This document shows positions 53,656 to 64,000 of a DNA stretch of 64,000 bases, one piece after another. A program made the translations under genes and the position numbers. The notes under the pieces are model-generated. The model did not search any database, was not told the origin of the DNA, and saw only the letters and a program-made list of their open reading frames with translations. Source of the DNA: Polynucleobacter sp. (GTDB taxonomy: Bacteria > Pseudomonadota > Gammaproteobacteria > Burkholderiales > Burkholderiaceae); the NCBI RefSeq assembly GCF_040400325.1, contig NZ_JBBAQK010000010.1:7698-71697 (forward strand). Reading direction: 5' to 3'. Numbering within the stretch: position 1 is the stretch's first letter; each line of letters opens with the position of its first letter.

Positions 53656-54459
53656 TTATCCCCTAAATACTGATGCTGTCTTAGATTTAAAAATAGTCAG
53701 AAGATAAATGCCAAAAATAATCATGGGAATACACAGCCATTGACCCATTGAGAGCCCAAGTCCCAGGAGCCCCAGAAAAGTATCAGGCTCGCGGGCATAT
53801 TCAGCCATAAAGCGAAAAATTCCATAGCCTAGCAAGAAGAAACCAGAAACTTGTCCAACACGGCGAGGTTTGCCAGAATAGATCCACAATGCGATGCCTA
53901 GCAGAACACCTTCACCGAAGAACTGGTAAACCTGCGAAGGGTGCCTTGGTATGGAATCAACCATAGGGAACACCATTGCCCAGGGCAGATCTGTTGGTCT
54001 ACCCCAAAGCTCGCCATTAATGAAGTTTCCAAGACGCCCGAAAGCCAAACCAAATGGCACTAAAGGGGCTACTAAATCACTCACCACAAAGAAAGAAGTT
54101 TTACGTTTACGTGCAAACCAATACAACGCTAGTAGCACGCCTAATAGTCCGCCATGGAAAGACATGCCACCTTCCCAAATTTTGAGAATATCTAAAGGAT
54201 GCGCCAGATAATACCCTGGCATATAAAAGAGGCTATAGCCGATTCGGCCACCTAAGACTACCCCCAATACTCCAGCAAATAGAAGATCTTCTAGATCTTT
54301 ATAAGTCCAAGCTAATGCTTGATAGCGCGGCGCCCGAATGCGCAATCTGCCTAACAATAAAAATTGTGCAAAGGCTAAGAGATACATCACCCCATACCAA
54401 TGAATGGCAAAAGATCCGATTCGGATTGCTGCTGGATCAATCTCAGGATGAATCAACAT
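53656..54459 (-). CDS. lgt: Prolipoprotein diacylglyceryl transferase
   Basis: [41 protein letters not shown]. Confidence 0.96.
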   Translation of the reverse strand: MLIHPEIDPAAIRIGSFAIHWYGVMYLLAFAQFLLLGRLRIRAPRYQALAWTYKDLEDLLFAGVLGVVLGGRIGYSLFYMPGYYLAHPLDILKIWEGGMSFHGGLLGVLLALYWFARKRKTSFFVVSDLVAPLVPFGLAFGRLGNFINGELWGRPTDLPWAMVFPMVDSIPRHPSQVYQFFGEGVLLGIALWIYSGKPRRVGQVSGFFLLGYGIFRFMAEYAREPDTFLGLLGLGLSMGQWLCIPMIIFGIYLLTIFKSKTASVFRG

Positions 54460-54926
54460 TAAGCGCTCTTAGATTGATCAAAGTTATGTAATTCGTGTCC
54501 TAATTCTCGATATGCTTTATAACGCTCGCGCCCAGCCAGTCGCTCTGCTTCATTGACTGTAACAAGTTCAATAATTCTAGGAAAACGCGCCACTAAGGTA
54601 GGTACATCTTGGGGCATTCGCATACCTAAATGAATCATGATGTCTGCATGCGAAATGTGATTTAAGGCTGGAGAAGCAAAATCATCAGTCAGCACAATAG
54701 GCGTTTCAGTAGCGGCTTCATCATCAATAAAGCAATGGGGTAAAAAATCTGTAGTACTAAAGGTCCACAGCAACTCATCCAATTTTTTAAGATCTGCCTT
54801 TTCTCCCACCATCACAATTTGCCGAACTGGCTGACCGCTGGGCGTATCACTCCAAATACGCCGAGTAAGACGACATGCATATTGGAGTTTGTCAGCAACG
54901 TTGCTGTGAAAATCGATACGCGCCAT
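54459..54926 (-). CDS. holC: DNA polymerase III chi subunit
   Basis: [17 protein letters not shown]....[15 protein letters not shown]. Downstream of pepA. Confidence 0.9.
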   Translation of the reverse strand: MARIDFHSNVADKLQYACRLTRRIWSDTPSGQPVRQIVMVGEKADLKKLDELLWTFSTTDFLPHCFIDDEAATETPIVLTDDFASPALNHISHADIMIHLGMRMPQDVPTLVARFPRIIELVTVNEAERLAGRERYKAYRELGHELHNFDQSKSA

Positions 54927-54956
54927 GATGATTTAACTAAGCACCTTATCCCAGAC

Positions 54957-56567
54957 TTAGCTTTGTTCAATCAGGTAATTGAGGAGTAAGGGAACTGGAC
55001 GCCCAGTAGATCCTTTTGCTGCGCCACTTTTCCAAGCTGTGCCGGCAATATCCAAATGTGCCCAATGATATTTCTCTGTAAAGCGAGATAAAAAACAAGC
55101 AGCAGTCACACTTCCAGCAGGACGTCCACCAATGTTAGCGACATCCGCAAAATTAGACTTGAGTTGCTCGTGGTAAGCAGCATCTAAAGGTAAACGCCAT
55201 ACGGTATCTAAAGACGCTTTACCTGCTTTGGTTAAAGCATTTACAAGAGCCTCATCGTCAGAAAATAATCCGCTGTGTACATGACCTAAAGCAATAATGC
55301 AAGCGCCAGTCAAGGTAGCAACATCAATCACTACCTTTGGTTTAAAGCGCTCCACATAAGTTAAGGCATCACACAAAATCAAGCGACCTTCAGCATCAGT
55401 ATTAAGAATCTCTATGGTCTGACCAGACATGCTTTTCACAATATCGCCAGGGCGGGTTGCGCTACCTGAAGGCATGTTCTCGCAAGTTGGGACCACGCCA
55501 ATCACATTCTTCTTTAACTTCATTAGGGCGGCGGCATACATCGTGCCAATGACTGAAGCGGCGCCACACATGTCGTATTTCATCTCATCCATAGCCTCAC
55601 CAGGCTTGAGAGAAATTCCACCGGTATCAAATGTGATGCCTTTACCAACCAATACGATTGGGGCTTCACCAGCTTTACCGCCTTGATGGCGCATCACAAT
55701 AAATTGCGGCGGAGTATCAGAGCCTTTAGCAACAGATAAAAAAGAACCCATACCCAATGCTTCAATTTGCTTAAGACCTAATACCTCAACCTTAAGGCCC
55801 ACCTTCTTGGTGAGTCCTTGCGCAGCCTTTCCTAAATAGCTTGGCGTACAAATATTGGGCGGCAGATTTCCTAAGTCTTTTGCCAAATTCATACCTTCAA
55901 CCATGGCAACACCTTGAGCAACAGCTTCTTTTAATTCTTTACTACAAGCATCGTTACCAGCAAACACTAAATGCTTAAATGTGTCTGGGTGATCTTTCGC
56001 TTTAAATTTCATAGCGGGCTGACGAACACCAAATCGATAGGCTTGATCACCCGCATACTGAATCGTCAAACGCACTTCATCAGTAATGAAACTGCCCTGA
56101 TGCGTTAGTGAAAAGCTAGGGACAAACCAAATAGCATCCTTAATAGCATTGCCACTAAGCACCTTTAATGCGGCACGGGCAATCTTGGAATATGAGATCA
56201 AGGTACGCTCGCTAGTAAGCTGTAAATCTCCTAAACCCACTAACAAAACGCGTTTCGCTTTAACCTCATTCGTAACCCATCTTTTTTCAGACCTGAAAAC
56301 ACATATAGAGGCTTGCTTGGAATCTAGATCGCCCACCACATTGGCATGGTTCACTGAACCACCTAATAATTGATCAAGCTCTGCCAAAAAACCAGACTTG
56401 GTTTTGGCGGCCTTACTTCCCCCAAAACTATCTAGATCTACCTTTGAATAAGCTAAGATCAGACAATCGGTGCTTTGAGCCAATAGGCTTTTCAGGCTAG
56501 ATTTAAGAGATTTTTGGCTCCCCAGGTCAGCTTGAGGGAAAATCTTGGTACTAAATTGAATGGTCAT
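54957..56567 (-). CDS. pepA: Leucyl aminopeptidase (M17)
   Basis: VGKGITFDTGG, MKYDMCG, NTDAEGRL, TLTGA, WAHLDIAGTAW. Confidence 0.96.
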   Translation of the reverse strand: MTIQFSTKIFPQADLGSQKSLKSSLKSLLAQSTDCLILAYSKVDLDSFGGSKAAKTKSGFLAELDQLLGGSVNHANVVGDLDSKQASICVFRSEKRWVTNEVKAKRVLLVGLGDLQLTSERTLISYSKIARAALKVLSGNAIKDAIWFVPSFSLTHQGSFITDEVRLTIQYAGDQAYRFGVRQPAMKFKAKDHPDTFKHLVFAGNDACSKELKEAVAQGVAMVEGMNLAKDLGNLPPNICTPSYLGKAAQGLTKKVGLKVEVLGLKQIEALGMGSFLSVAKGSDTPPQFIVMRHQGGKAGEAPIVLVGKGITFDTGGISLKPGEAMDEMKYDMCGAASVIGTMYAAALMKLKKNVIGVVPTCENMPSGSATRPGDIVKSMSGQTIEILNTDAEGRLILCDALTYVERFKPKVVIDVATLTGACIIALGHVHSGLFSDDEALVNALTKAGKASLDTVWRLPLDAAYHEQLKSNFADVANIGGRPAGSVTAACFLSRFTEKYHWAHLDIAGTAWKSGAAKGSTGRPVPLLLNYLIEQS

Positions 56568-56715
56568 AATTTATTGCGTTATTTATAAGTAAATTCAAGG
56601 GGATAAAGAGATGTTTATCCATTATCCTCCGACATGAGGGGAACCTCCGTATCAGCACTAATATAAGCCATTTACCAGCACCGAAACCTACTAAAGACCA
56701 AGCTCATCGCACCTC

Positions 56716-57831
56716 ATGATTTTTAAAAAAGCCCTTCGCCGCGAACTCAGCTTCACCACTGGTGGAGTCTTCTTGGTGCTGGTCACAATCATGATTACCT
56801 CCCTAGTGATTCGTATCTTGGGTTATGCGGCCAATGGCGCAGTCAACCCAGAAGATGCGCTGGTTTTAATCGCCCTTGCGACTTTAGGGTATTTGGCCGT
56901 CATATTAACCGTCTCACTATTTGTAGCCACTTTAATTGTTTTGGTGCGGTGGTACAAAGATTCAGAAATGATTGTATGGTTTGCCAGCGGTCTGAGTGTC
57001 ACCAACCTAATGCGTCCGATTCTACAGTTTGCTATTCCCATCATCATCATCATTGCTTTATTGGCGCTCTTTGTTTGGCCTTGGGCTAATCGAGAATCTA
57101 CGCTCATTAGTCAGCGCTTTCAGCAGCGTGACGATATCTCCATGGTAACTGCCGGTCAATTTAAAGAATCGGCTAAAGCTGAACGGGTCTTTTTTATTGA
57201 AGAGCTGGATATCGATAAAAGTGCAGTAAAAAATATATTTGTGGCAGATACCAAAAATGGGCGTCTGAGCATTGCTGTAGCTTCTTCAGGCTATATTCAA
57301 AATGGTGAAGATGGTGAGAAATCAATCGTTCTAAATGATGGTCGCCGCTATGAAGGCAATCCTAGCGAGCCTAACTTTAGGATTCTAGAATTTAACGAAT
57401 ACACTACCAAAATCCGTAGTAAGAATGCTCTGGCGCCTGCACCGCGAGATCGAGAAAAGACGATCACCGAGCTATTGAATGACCCAAACCCCAAAGCTGA
57501 AAACCCAAATCGTGCGGAGCTTTTGTGGCGTATTGGCCTACCTTTGATGGCTTTAGGTTTAGTTTTAATTGCTATTCCACTAGCCTATGTCAACCCAAGA
57601 TTAGGTAGCTATACAGCCATGTTCTATGCGGTATTGGTTTACCTGATCTATAGCAACCTGCTGAACTTAACTCAGAACTTTGTTGCACAAGGTAAGGTGA
57701 ATGTATTCGTGGGTATTTGGCCAATCCACTTACTAGCGCTCATTATTGCAACTATATTGATTCGTAATCGTATCAATCCCTCTATTAAATGGTGGCGTCG
57801 ACAGTTACCTGCTGCGCTTGGGAAAAATTAA
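56716..57831 (+). CDS. lptF: LPS export permease LptF
   Basis: RWYKDSEM..W..SGLS, G.FKE, LNDGRRYEG, AELLWRI. Divergent from pepA. Confidence 0.92.
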   Translation: MIFKKALRRELSFTTGGVFLVLVTIMITSLVIRILGYAANGAVNPEDALVLIALATLGYLAVILTVSLFVATLIVLVRWYKDSEMIVWFASGLSVTNLMRPILQFAIPIIIIIALLALFVWPWANRESTLISQRFQQRDDISMVTAGQFKESAKAERVFFIEELDIDKSAVKNIFVADTKNGRLSIAVASSGYIQNGEDGEKSIVLNDGRRYEGNPSEPNFRILEFNEYTTKIRSKNALAPAPRDREKTITELLNDPNPKAENPNRAELLWRIGLPLMALGLVLIAIPLAYVNPRLGSYTAMFYAVLVYLIYSNLLNLTQNFVAQGKVNVFVGIWPIHLLALIIATILIRNRINPSIKWWRRQLPAALGKN

Positions 57832-57839
57832 GCCTCAAC

Positions 57840-58994
57840 ATGAAACTTTTTTTTCCTTATATCTTCGAACGGTATTTAGCCAAGCAAATTTACGCAACTT
57901 TTGGCTTTATTTTGTTTGCTTTAGTAGCATTATTTTTATTCTTTGACATCTTAAGTGAGCTTGGCTCAGTCCAGGGGCAATATACCCTTCCTTTAGTGTT
58001 ACTTCATGTCCTTCTGAAGGCACCCAGTCGCATCTCAGAAATTATTCCCATTGCTACCTTAATCGGCAGTATTTATGTATTTTCAATGCTAGCAAGTCAA
58101 TCCGAATTTACGATTTTAAGGATCGCCGGATTAGATGTGAAACGGGGATTGATCACCCTTGCGAAAATATCTGTACCACTCATTTTGCTTACTTTGGTCA
58201 TGAGCGAATATGTAGGCCCTTACTCTGAAGCAAAATCTGATCAAATTCGCATGAAGGCTTTAGGCTCTTCTTTCTCATCACAATTTAAAACTGGTGTCTG
58301 GGTAAAAGATCGACTGCGTGATCAAAATGGCAATGGCCCTATTCGACCTGGTGTGCGTTATGTGAACGTTGGGAAAATTGATAAAGATAATGAAATTCGT
58401 AATATCCGAATGTATGAGTTTGATGATGTCTTTCATCTACTCTCCATTAGGAACGCCGCTTCGGGGCACTTTGATGAATCAGGCACTTGGGTTCTGAACG
58501 ACGTTACTGAGACTCACTTTAAAGAAACTAAGTACTCTGATCCATTAGATCCTGCTTTCACAGCTCAAACGCAAAAGCACACTAAAGTCACCTTGGAATC
58601 TGATATAACCCCTCAGATTCTCAATGTGTTACTTGTCACCCCAGAAAAAATGTCGATTCTCAGTTTAGGTCGCTTCATTACCCACTTACAAGACAATAAA
58701 CAAGATATTCAACGTCACTCGATCGCTTTTTGGAAAAAAGTGATTTACCCGTTCATTATTTATGTGATGCTCGCTTTGGCATTGCCGTTTGCTTATCTTA
58801 AGGTGCGTGCTGGCAGTATTGGTATTAAAGTGTTTGGCGGCATCATGCTCGGGATGGGTTTTCAACTCTTCAACTCACTCTTCTCCAATGTTGGACTCTT
58901 AGGTTCATGGCCCGCACTCATTACAGCCCTGATGCCGCCATTATTGTTTTTATTCTTGGCCCTGGTAGGACTTCGAAGGGTTTCCAAGGCTTAA
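57840..58994 (+). CDS. lptG: LPS export permease LptG
   Basis: ERYLAKQI, LASQSEFTILRIAG, PEKMS...L...I..L..N.Q, FWKK. Start at ATG 57840. Confidence 0.92.
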   Translation: MKLFFPYIFERYLAKQIYATFGFILFALVALFLFFDILSELGSVQGQYTLPLVLLHVLLKAPSRISEIIPIATLIGSIYVFSMLASQSEFTILRIAGLDVKRGLITLAKISVPLILLTLVMSEYVGPYSEAKSDQIRMKALGSSFSSQFKTGVWVKDRLRDQNGNGPIRPGVRYVNVGKIDKDNEIRNIRMYEFDDVFHLLSIRNAASGHFDESGTWVLNDVTETHFKETKYSDPLDPAFTAQTQKHTKVTLESDITPQILNVLLVTPEKMSILSLGRFITHLQDNKQDIQRHSIAFWKKVIYPFIIYVMLALALPFAYLKVRAGSIGIKVFGGIMLGMGFQLFNSLFSNVGLLGSWPALITALMPPLLFLFLALVGLRRVSKA

Positions 58995-59056
58995 TACCTA
59001 AAATTCATTTAGAATTTAATTCCTATATCTTTGTAGATATATAGACAGGAATCAAG

Positions 59057-59998
59057 ATGAATCTCCACCAATTCCGCTTTGTGAGAGAAGCGGTTCGACA
59101 AAACTTCAACCTCACCTCGGCTGCAAAAGCACTTTTTACGTCCCAACCAGGAGTCTCTAAAGCCATTATTGAACTAGAGGACGAGTTAGGCGTTGAAATA
59201 TTCCGTCGTCACGGTAAGCGCATTCGCTCCCTCACAGAACCAGGTAAACGTATTTTAATTTCAATTGAACGAATTCTGGATGAAGTAGAAACTCTCAAGC
59301 GAGTAGGTAAAGACTTTGCTAGTCAAGATCAAGGCAATTTTGTCATCGCAACAACTCATACCCAGGCGCGCTACGCGCTGCCTAAAGTCCTCACAGAATT
59401 TACCAAGCGCTTTCCAAAAGTACGTGTGAGTATTCAGCAAGGTAGCCCAGGCCAAATTGCTGAGCTTCTCATGCATGATCACGCTGACATTGCGATTGCC
59501 ACTGAAGGTATTGCTAATACTCCGGGTGTACTCGCTTTGCCAGGATATCAATGGCAGCACGTCCTAATGGTGCCCTTAAGTCACCCCCTACTCAATCAAG
59601 CCACTATCAACTTAGAAGAGATTGCTAAGTATCCAATCATCACATACGACAAAGCATTTGCTGGTCGAAGTAAAATTGATGCAGCCTTTGCGCAACGCAG
59701 TTTAAGTCCAGACATTATTCTTGAAGCGATCGATGCCGATGTTATTAAAACCTATGTAGAAGTCGGCATTGGTGTAGGCATTGTTGCTGGACTTGCATAC
59801 GACGCTGATAAAGATCGTAATCTTAAGGTAATTCCTGTCGGACACTTATTTGGCAATAACGTTACCCATCTTGGAGTAAAGCAAGGCGCTTATCTTCGCT
59901 CCTTTGTTTACACCTTCATTGAGCTATTCTCCCCAACGCTCACCAAGAAAATTGTTGAGCAGGCGATGAATAATGAATCAGAGACCTATGAAATTTAG
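59057..59998 (+). CDS. cysB: CysB-family LysR regulator
   Basis: MNLHQFRF...FNLT.AAKALFTSQPGVSK, IATTHTQARY, DADVIKTYV..G.GVGI. Confidence 0.85.
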   Translation: MNLHQFRFVREAVRQNFNLTSAAKALFTSQPGVSKAIIELEDELGVEIFRRHGKRIRSLTEPGKRILISIERILDEVETLKRVGKDFASQDQGNFVIATTHTQARYALPKVLTEFTKRFPKVRVSIQQGSPGQIAELLMHDHADIAIATEGIANTPGVLALPGYQWQHVLMVPLSHPLLNQATINLEEIAKYPIITYDKAFAGRSKIDAAFAQRSLSPDIILEAIDADVIKTYVEVGIGVGIVAGLAYDADKDRNLKVIPVGHLFGNNVTHLGVKQGAYLRSFVYTFIELFSPTLTKKIVEQAMNNESETYEI

Positions 59999-60026
59999 GA
60001 CTCAAGAGCAGTTCAGCTATTTTAAG

Positions 60027-60111
60027 TGGTGCCTCGGGGCGGACTCGAACCGCCACGCCTTGCGGCACCGGATTTTGAGTCCGGCACGTCTACCAATTCC
60101 ATCACCGAGGC
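60027..60111 (-). tRNA. tRNA-Leu (anticodon CAA), 85 nt, CCA encoded
   Basis: GCCTCGG acceptor stem, CCGGA-CTCAAAA-TCCGG anticodon arm, long variable arm, GTTCGAGTC T-loop, ACCA end. Confidence 0.97.
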
Positions 60112-60262
60112 AGGTGTTTGCAGTGGAAATTCTGCTAACTTTCTTACTTTGTACTGCTAAGACATGAGAGTGTAACAAAAATTGGGTAGTAATCTGCTAC
60201 CTTTGCCCTAGAACCCCTTAAAATGAGGTCTTCTAGCCAAATTATTAAAAGGACTTACCCGC

Positions 60263-60982
60263 ATGGCCGGCCACTCAAAATGGGCCAATATTCAGCACCG
60301 CAAAGGTCGTCAAGACGAAAAACGCGGCAAGATTTGGACCAAACTCATTAAAGAAATTACTGTTGCTGCCAAATTGGGTGGTGGTGATCTCGCTACCAAC
60401 CCACATTTACGTTTAGCGGTTGATAAAGCCAAAGATTCCAACATGCCTAACGATAATATACAAAGAGCAATTCAGCGTGGCACAGGATCACTTGAAGGTG
60501 TTAACTACGAAGAAATTCGTTACGAGGGTTATGGTATTAATGGTGCAGCAGTCATTGTGGATTGTTTAACTGATAACCGAACTCGTACTGTCGCTGAAGT
60601 GCGCCATGCTTTTAATAAAAATGGTGGCAACATGGGTACTGAGGGTTCAGTTGCTTTCTTATTCAAGCACTGCGGGCAAATGCTATTTGCTCCCGGTGCA
60701 AATGAAAACCAACTAATGGAAGTCGCTTTGAATGCGGGCGCTGATGATGTGATTACCCATGATGACGGCTCATTAGAAGTATTAACCCCCGTTCCTGATT
60801 TCAGTAAAGTACAAGATGCGATTGCTCAATCCGGGTTGAAGGCTGAACTTGCTACAGTAGCGATGCGTCCTGAAACTGAGATTACTCTAGAAGGCGATCA
60901 AGCAGAGAGTATGCAAAAATTATTAGACGCCCTAGAAAACTTAGATGACGTTCAAGAAGTCTTTACGAATGCCACCCTTTAA
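60263..60982 (+). CDS. yebC: YebC/PmpR family protein
   Basis: [36 protein letters not shown]. Confidence 0.95.
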   Translation: MAGHSKWANIQHRKGRQDEKRGKIWTKLIKEITVAAKLGGGDLATNPHLRLAVDKAKDSNMPNDNIQRAIQRGTGSLEGVNYEEIRYEGYGINGAAVIVDCLTDNRTRTVAEVRHAFNKNGGNMGTEGSVAFLFKHCGQMLFAPGANENQLMEVALNAGADDVITHDDGSLEVLTPVPDFSKVQDAIAQSGLKAELATVAMRPETEITLEGDQAESMQKLLDALENLDDVQEVFTNATL

Positions 60983-61003
60983 TCCTCCATCAACCTCTCT
61001 ATT

Positions 61004-62281
61004 ATGAAAATTCTACTAATTGGATCTGGCGGACGAGAACACGCTCTTGCTTGGAAGCTTGCCCAATCTCCCCAAGTACAAACTGTATTTGTGGCCCCAG
61101 GCAATGGTGGCACTGCTACAGCTAAACAATCTACAGCGGGCATTGAAAACCTTCCTATCACCGACTTACAAGAGCTAGTTGATTTTGCTAAACGTGAAAA
61201 AATTCACTTGACTGTTGTAGGGCCTGAAGCCCCATTAGCTGCAGGCATCGTGGATATCTTTCGAAATAATGGCCTGCGCATCTTTGGGCCAACACAATTG
61301 GCGGCACAGCTAGAATCCTCCAAAGATTTTTCTAAAGCCTTTATGAAACGTCATGGCATTCCAACTGCCAACTATCAAACCTTTTCTAGTGCACTTGAGG
61401 CACATACCTATATTGAGACTCATGGTGCACCCATTGTGGTTAAGGCAGATGGCTTAGCTGCTGGCAAAGGTGTTGTAGTGGCGATGAGTCTAGAAGAAGC
61501 TCATGCCGCTGTTGATATGATGCTGGCCGATAATAAATTGGGTAATGCTGGTGCGCGAGTCGTCATCGAAGAATTCTTAACCGGTGAAGAAGCTAGCTTT
61601 ATCGTGCTTGTCGATGGTAAAAATGTTCTTGCTTTAGCTACCAGTCAAGATCACAAACGTTTATTAGATGCCGATCAAGGACCGAATACAGGTGGTATGG
61701 GTGCCTACTCCCCCGCCCCTGTCGTCACTCCAGAAATTCATGCGCGTGCTTTACGTGAAGTGATCATGCCTACTGTTAAGGGCATGGAGTCTGATGGCAT
61801 TCCCTACACTGGATTTTTATACGCAGGCCTCATGATTGGCCCTGATGGCAAAATTAAGACCCTCGAATTTAACTGCAGGATGGGTGATCCAGAAACTCAA
61901 CCCATCATGGCACGTCTACGTAGTGACTTGGTCAGTGCTTTAGATCATGCAGTAGATGGTAAGCTCAATGAGATAGATTTGGAATGGGATCGTCGTACTG
62001 CCTTAGGCGTTGTACTCGCAGCACATCACTATCCAGATACGCCACACAATGGTGATGTCATTAGTGGGGTTCCGATAGACACTGAAGATCAGATCACCTT
62101 TCATGCGGGTACTAAATTACTAGATGGAAAATTAGTGACTTCTGGCGGTCGTGTGATGTGTGTGGTTGGTCTTGCCGATACAGTCAGGGGTGCACAGCAA
62201 AAGGCTTATGAAGCTATCGAGCAAATAAAGTTTGACGGCATGCAATATCGTAAAGATATTGGCTATCGCGCGATTAAATAA
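61004..62281 (+). CDS. purD: Phosphoribosylamine--glycine ligase
   Basis: GSGGREHALAW, VGPEAPL, KADGLAAGKGV, QDHKR, GPNTGGMG, EFNCRMGDPE. Confidence 0.97.
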   Translation: MKILLIGSGGREHALAWKLAQSPQVQTVFVAPGNGGTATAKQSTAGIENLPITDLQELVDFAKREKIHLTVVGPEAPLAAGIVDIFRNNGLRIFGPTQLAAQLESSKDFSKAFMKRHGIPTANYQTFSSALEAHTYIETHGAPIVVKADGLAAGKGVVVAMSLEEAHAAVDMMLADNKLGNAGARVVIEEFLTGEEASFIVLVDGKNVLALATSQDHKRLLDADQGPNTGGMGAYSPAPVVTPEIHARALREVIMPTVKGMESDGIPYTGFLYAGLMIGPDGKIKTLEFNCRMGDPETQPIMARLRSDLVSALDHAVDGKLNEIDLEWDRRTALGVVLAAHHYPDTPHNGDVISGVPIDTEDQITFHAGTKLLDGKLVTSGGRVMCVVGLADTVRGAQQKAYEAIEQIKFDGMQYRKDIGYRAIK

Positions 62282-62305
62282 TCAAAGCTCTCACTCAAAG
62301 GTTAA

Positions 62306-63244
62306 ATGAACTTGACAGATCAACAGACTCAAATTGATATCACAACCCTGAAGGACTATTTTTTAGGGTTACAAGATCGCATCACTAATGACATGAGTGG
62401 GCTTGATGGTGCCGCCTTTATCCCTGATGAATGGCATAAACCCGAGGACAGCAAACTCAAAGGATATGGTCGCACGTGCATATTGACTGCTGGCAATATT
62501 TTAGAAAAAGGCGGGGTGGGCTTCTCCCATGTACGCGGCGATCAAATGCCGCCTTCTGCTTCTCACCACCGACCAGAACTGGCTGGTCGCAGCTTTGAGG
62601 CCCTAGGAGTATCACTAGTCTTTCATCCACACAACCCTAAAGTACCCACTACCCATATGAATGTGCGCTGCTTCATTGCGCAAGTAAAAGATAAAGAGCC
62701 AATTTGGTGGTTTGGGGGTGGCTTTGATCTTACCCCCTACTATGGCGTAGATGAAGACTGTAAGCACTTTCATCAAACTGCTAAGGATGCGCTCGATCCC
62801 TTTGGAAAGGAGTTGTACCCGCGTTTTAAAAAATGGTGTGATGAATATTTTTACTTAAAACATCGTGATGAGCCGCGGGGCATTGGCGGGGTTTTCTTTG
62901 ATGACTTTAACGAACTTGGCTTTGAAAAAAGTTTTGCGATGACACGCGCGCTTGGGGACTCGTTTATCAATGCCTATTTACCCATTGTGCAGCGCCGCTA
63001 TCAAGATTCCTTTACCCCTGCAGAAAAATCTTTCCAAGAATATCGTCGTGGTCGATATGTGGAATACAACCTCATCTTCGATAGAGGAACTATCTTTGGC
63101 CTGCACTCTGGTGGTCGTACAGAGTCCATTTTGATGTCGATGCCTCCAGTGGTGCAATGGTGGTACAACTATGTGCCTGAACCTGGAACGCCTGAGGCCA
63201 AGCTCTATGATTATTACCTCAAGCCACGAGATTGGTTAGCTTGA
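62306..63244 (+). CDS. hemF: Oxygen-dependent coproporphyrinogen III oxidase
   Basis: [54 protein letters not shown]. Confidence 0.96.
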   Translation: MNLTDQQTQIDITTLKDYFLGLQDRITNDMSGLDGAAFIPDEWHKPEDSKLKGYGRTCILTAGNILEKGGVGFSHVRGDQMPPSASHHRPELAGRSFEALGVSLVFHPHNPKVPTTHMNVRCFIAQVKDKEPIWWFGGGFDLTPYYGVDEDCKHFHQTAKDALDPFGKELYPRFKKWCDEYFYLKHRDEPRGIGGVFFDDFNELGFEKSFAMTRALGDSFINAYLPIVQRRYQDSFTPAEKSFQEYRRGRYVEYNLIFDRGTIFGLHSGGRTESILMSMPPVVQWWYNYVPEPGTPEAKLYDYYLKPRDWLA

Positions 63245-63930
63245 GCACTCTGAAGAAAATCGGCATCCTAGGGGGAACTTTTGATCCGCCGCATATTGGC
63301 CATCTCAAGCTAGCGATTCATTTTGCAACAATATTACATTTAGATGAACTTCTACTGATTCCCAGCGGTGAGCCATGGCAAAAAGGTTCTGATATCACCT
63401 CTGCAGAAATTCGATTCCAATTAACTGAAGCAGCTGGTATCGATTTAGCAAGAGCGCTCTTACAACTCAAGATTTCAACGAAGATCAGTATTGATCGTCT
63501 CGAGATTGAACGTACCGGACCTAGTTACAGCATCAATACAGCTAAATCCCTACGAGAATGCTATGGGTCTGAAGCCAATTTAATTTGGTTAACTGGGGTT
63601 GATTCCCTAATTAATCTACCCACATGGAATTCTTGGCAAGATTTATTCAAATACATGAACTTTGCGGTAGCTAGTAGACCAAATTATGACCTTGCAGCTG
63701 AGATGAGCCCTGAAATCAGGCAGGCTTTACAAGAATATCAAACCCAAGATCTCATTGCCCTTGAAACCACAACTTATGGCCTCATCTATATTGATGAGAG
63801 CTTATCTGTTGACCTTTCCTCAACGGACCTTAGAAATCGGCTAAAAACATCTGACCGGAATTTGATTGAAGCAGATCAAATTCCATCACACACCCTACAA
63901 ATCATTACAAATCTAGGCCTGTACCAATAA
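63241..63930 (+). CDS. nadD: Nicotinate-nucleotide adenylyltransferase
   Basis: [28 protein letters not shown]. Likely TTG start overlapping the hemF stop (TTGA). Confidence 0.92.
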   Translation: MSTLKKIGILGGTFDPPHIGHLKLAIHFATILHLDELLLIPSGEPWQKGSDITSAEIRFQLTEAAGIDLARALLQLKISTKISIDRLEIERTGPSYSINTAKSLRECYGSEANLIWLTGVDSLINLPTWNSWQDLFKYMNFAVASRPNYDLAAEMSPEIRQALQEYQTQDLIALETTTYGLIYIDESLSVDLSSTDLRNRLKTSDRNLIEADQIPSHTLQIITNLGLYQ

Positions 63931-63975
63931 TCAGGCTAAGATCATCCTAAATACAAAATAAATTACTCAGAAACT

Positions 63976-64000
63976 ATGGACTTACGAAAACTGCAACGTG
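63976..64000 (+). CDS. rsfS: 5' end of probable ribosome silencing factor RsfS (truncated by window)
   Basis: MDLRKLQR. The nadD-rsfS adjacency is well known, but only 8 codons are visible. Confidence 0.6.

Noticed and set aside
59024-59041. TATATCT-N4-AGATATA inverted repeat upstream of cysB
   Set aside because: AT-rich, and its even symmetry does not fit a LysR T-N11-A box. Too weak without comparative data.
60027-60111. tRNA-Leu as an integration site
   Set aside because: No integrase and no duplicate of the tRNA 3' end seen. The flanking genes are housekeeping.

Overview
Compact, roughly 45% GC (estimated by eye) betaproteobacterial chromosome segment. Gene content and order are most consistent with Polynucleobacter or a related Burkholderiaceae, which is an inference. 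Most of the window is housekeeping: cphA pair, fbp, pepN, ald with a permease, tcdA, pdxH, msrA, DEAD helicase, ubiC, hemCD, argH, a basic amino acid decarboxylase, dcd, fdhD, metG, scpA, panC, zapA with 6S RNA, lgt, holC, pepA, lptFG, a CysB-family regulator, tRNA-Leu(CAA), yebC, purD, hemF, nadD and the start of rsfS. There are three accessory modules. (1) An oxalate module at 27.3-34.0 kb: Crp/Fnr regulator, oxc, two frc paralogues, a stand-alone PAS protein, and a formyltransferase resembling the hydrolase domain of 10-formyl-THF dehydrogenase, with an FNR-type box at class II spacing. (2) A 13-gene corrinoid uptake and salvage operon under a cobalamin riboswitch at 34.1-47.4 kb, with no corrin ring synthesis genes. 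(3) A malonate operon (mcd, Bug binding protein, matB) preceded by an unannotated 38-codon remnant of a LysR/MdcR-type regulator. The most interesting hypothesis is a formyl-CoA to folate formyl-transfer route in the oxalate module. Also notable are a recurring leaderless-mRNA signature (TANNNT, 6 nt, ATG) and a PhaR-like motif shared by the oxalate and malonate loci. No CRISPR array, IS element or integrase was seen. All homology calls come from motif recognition, not database searches.
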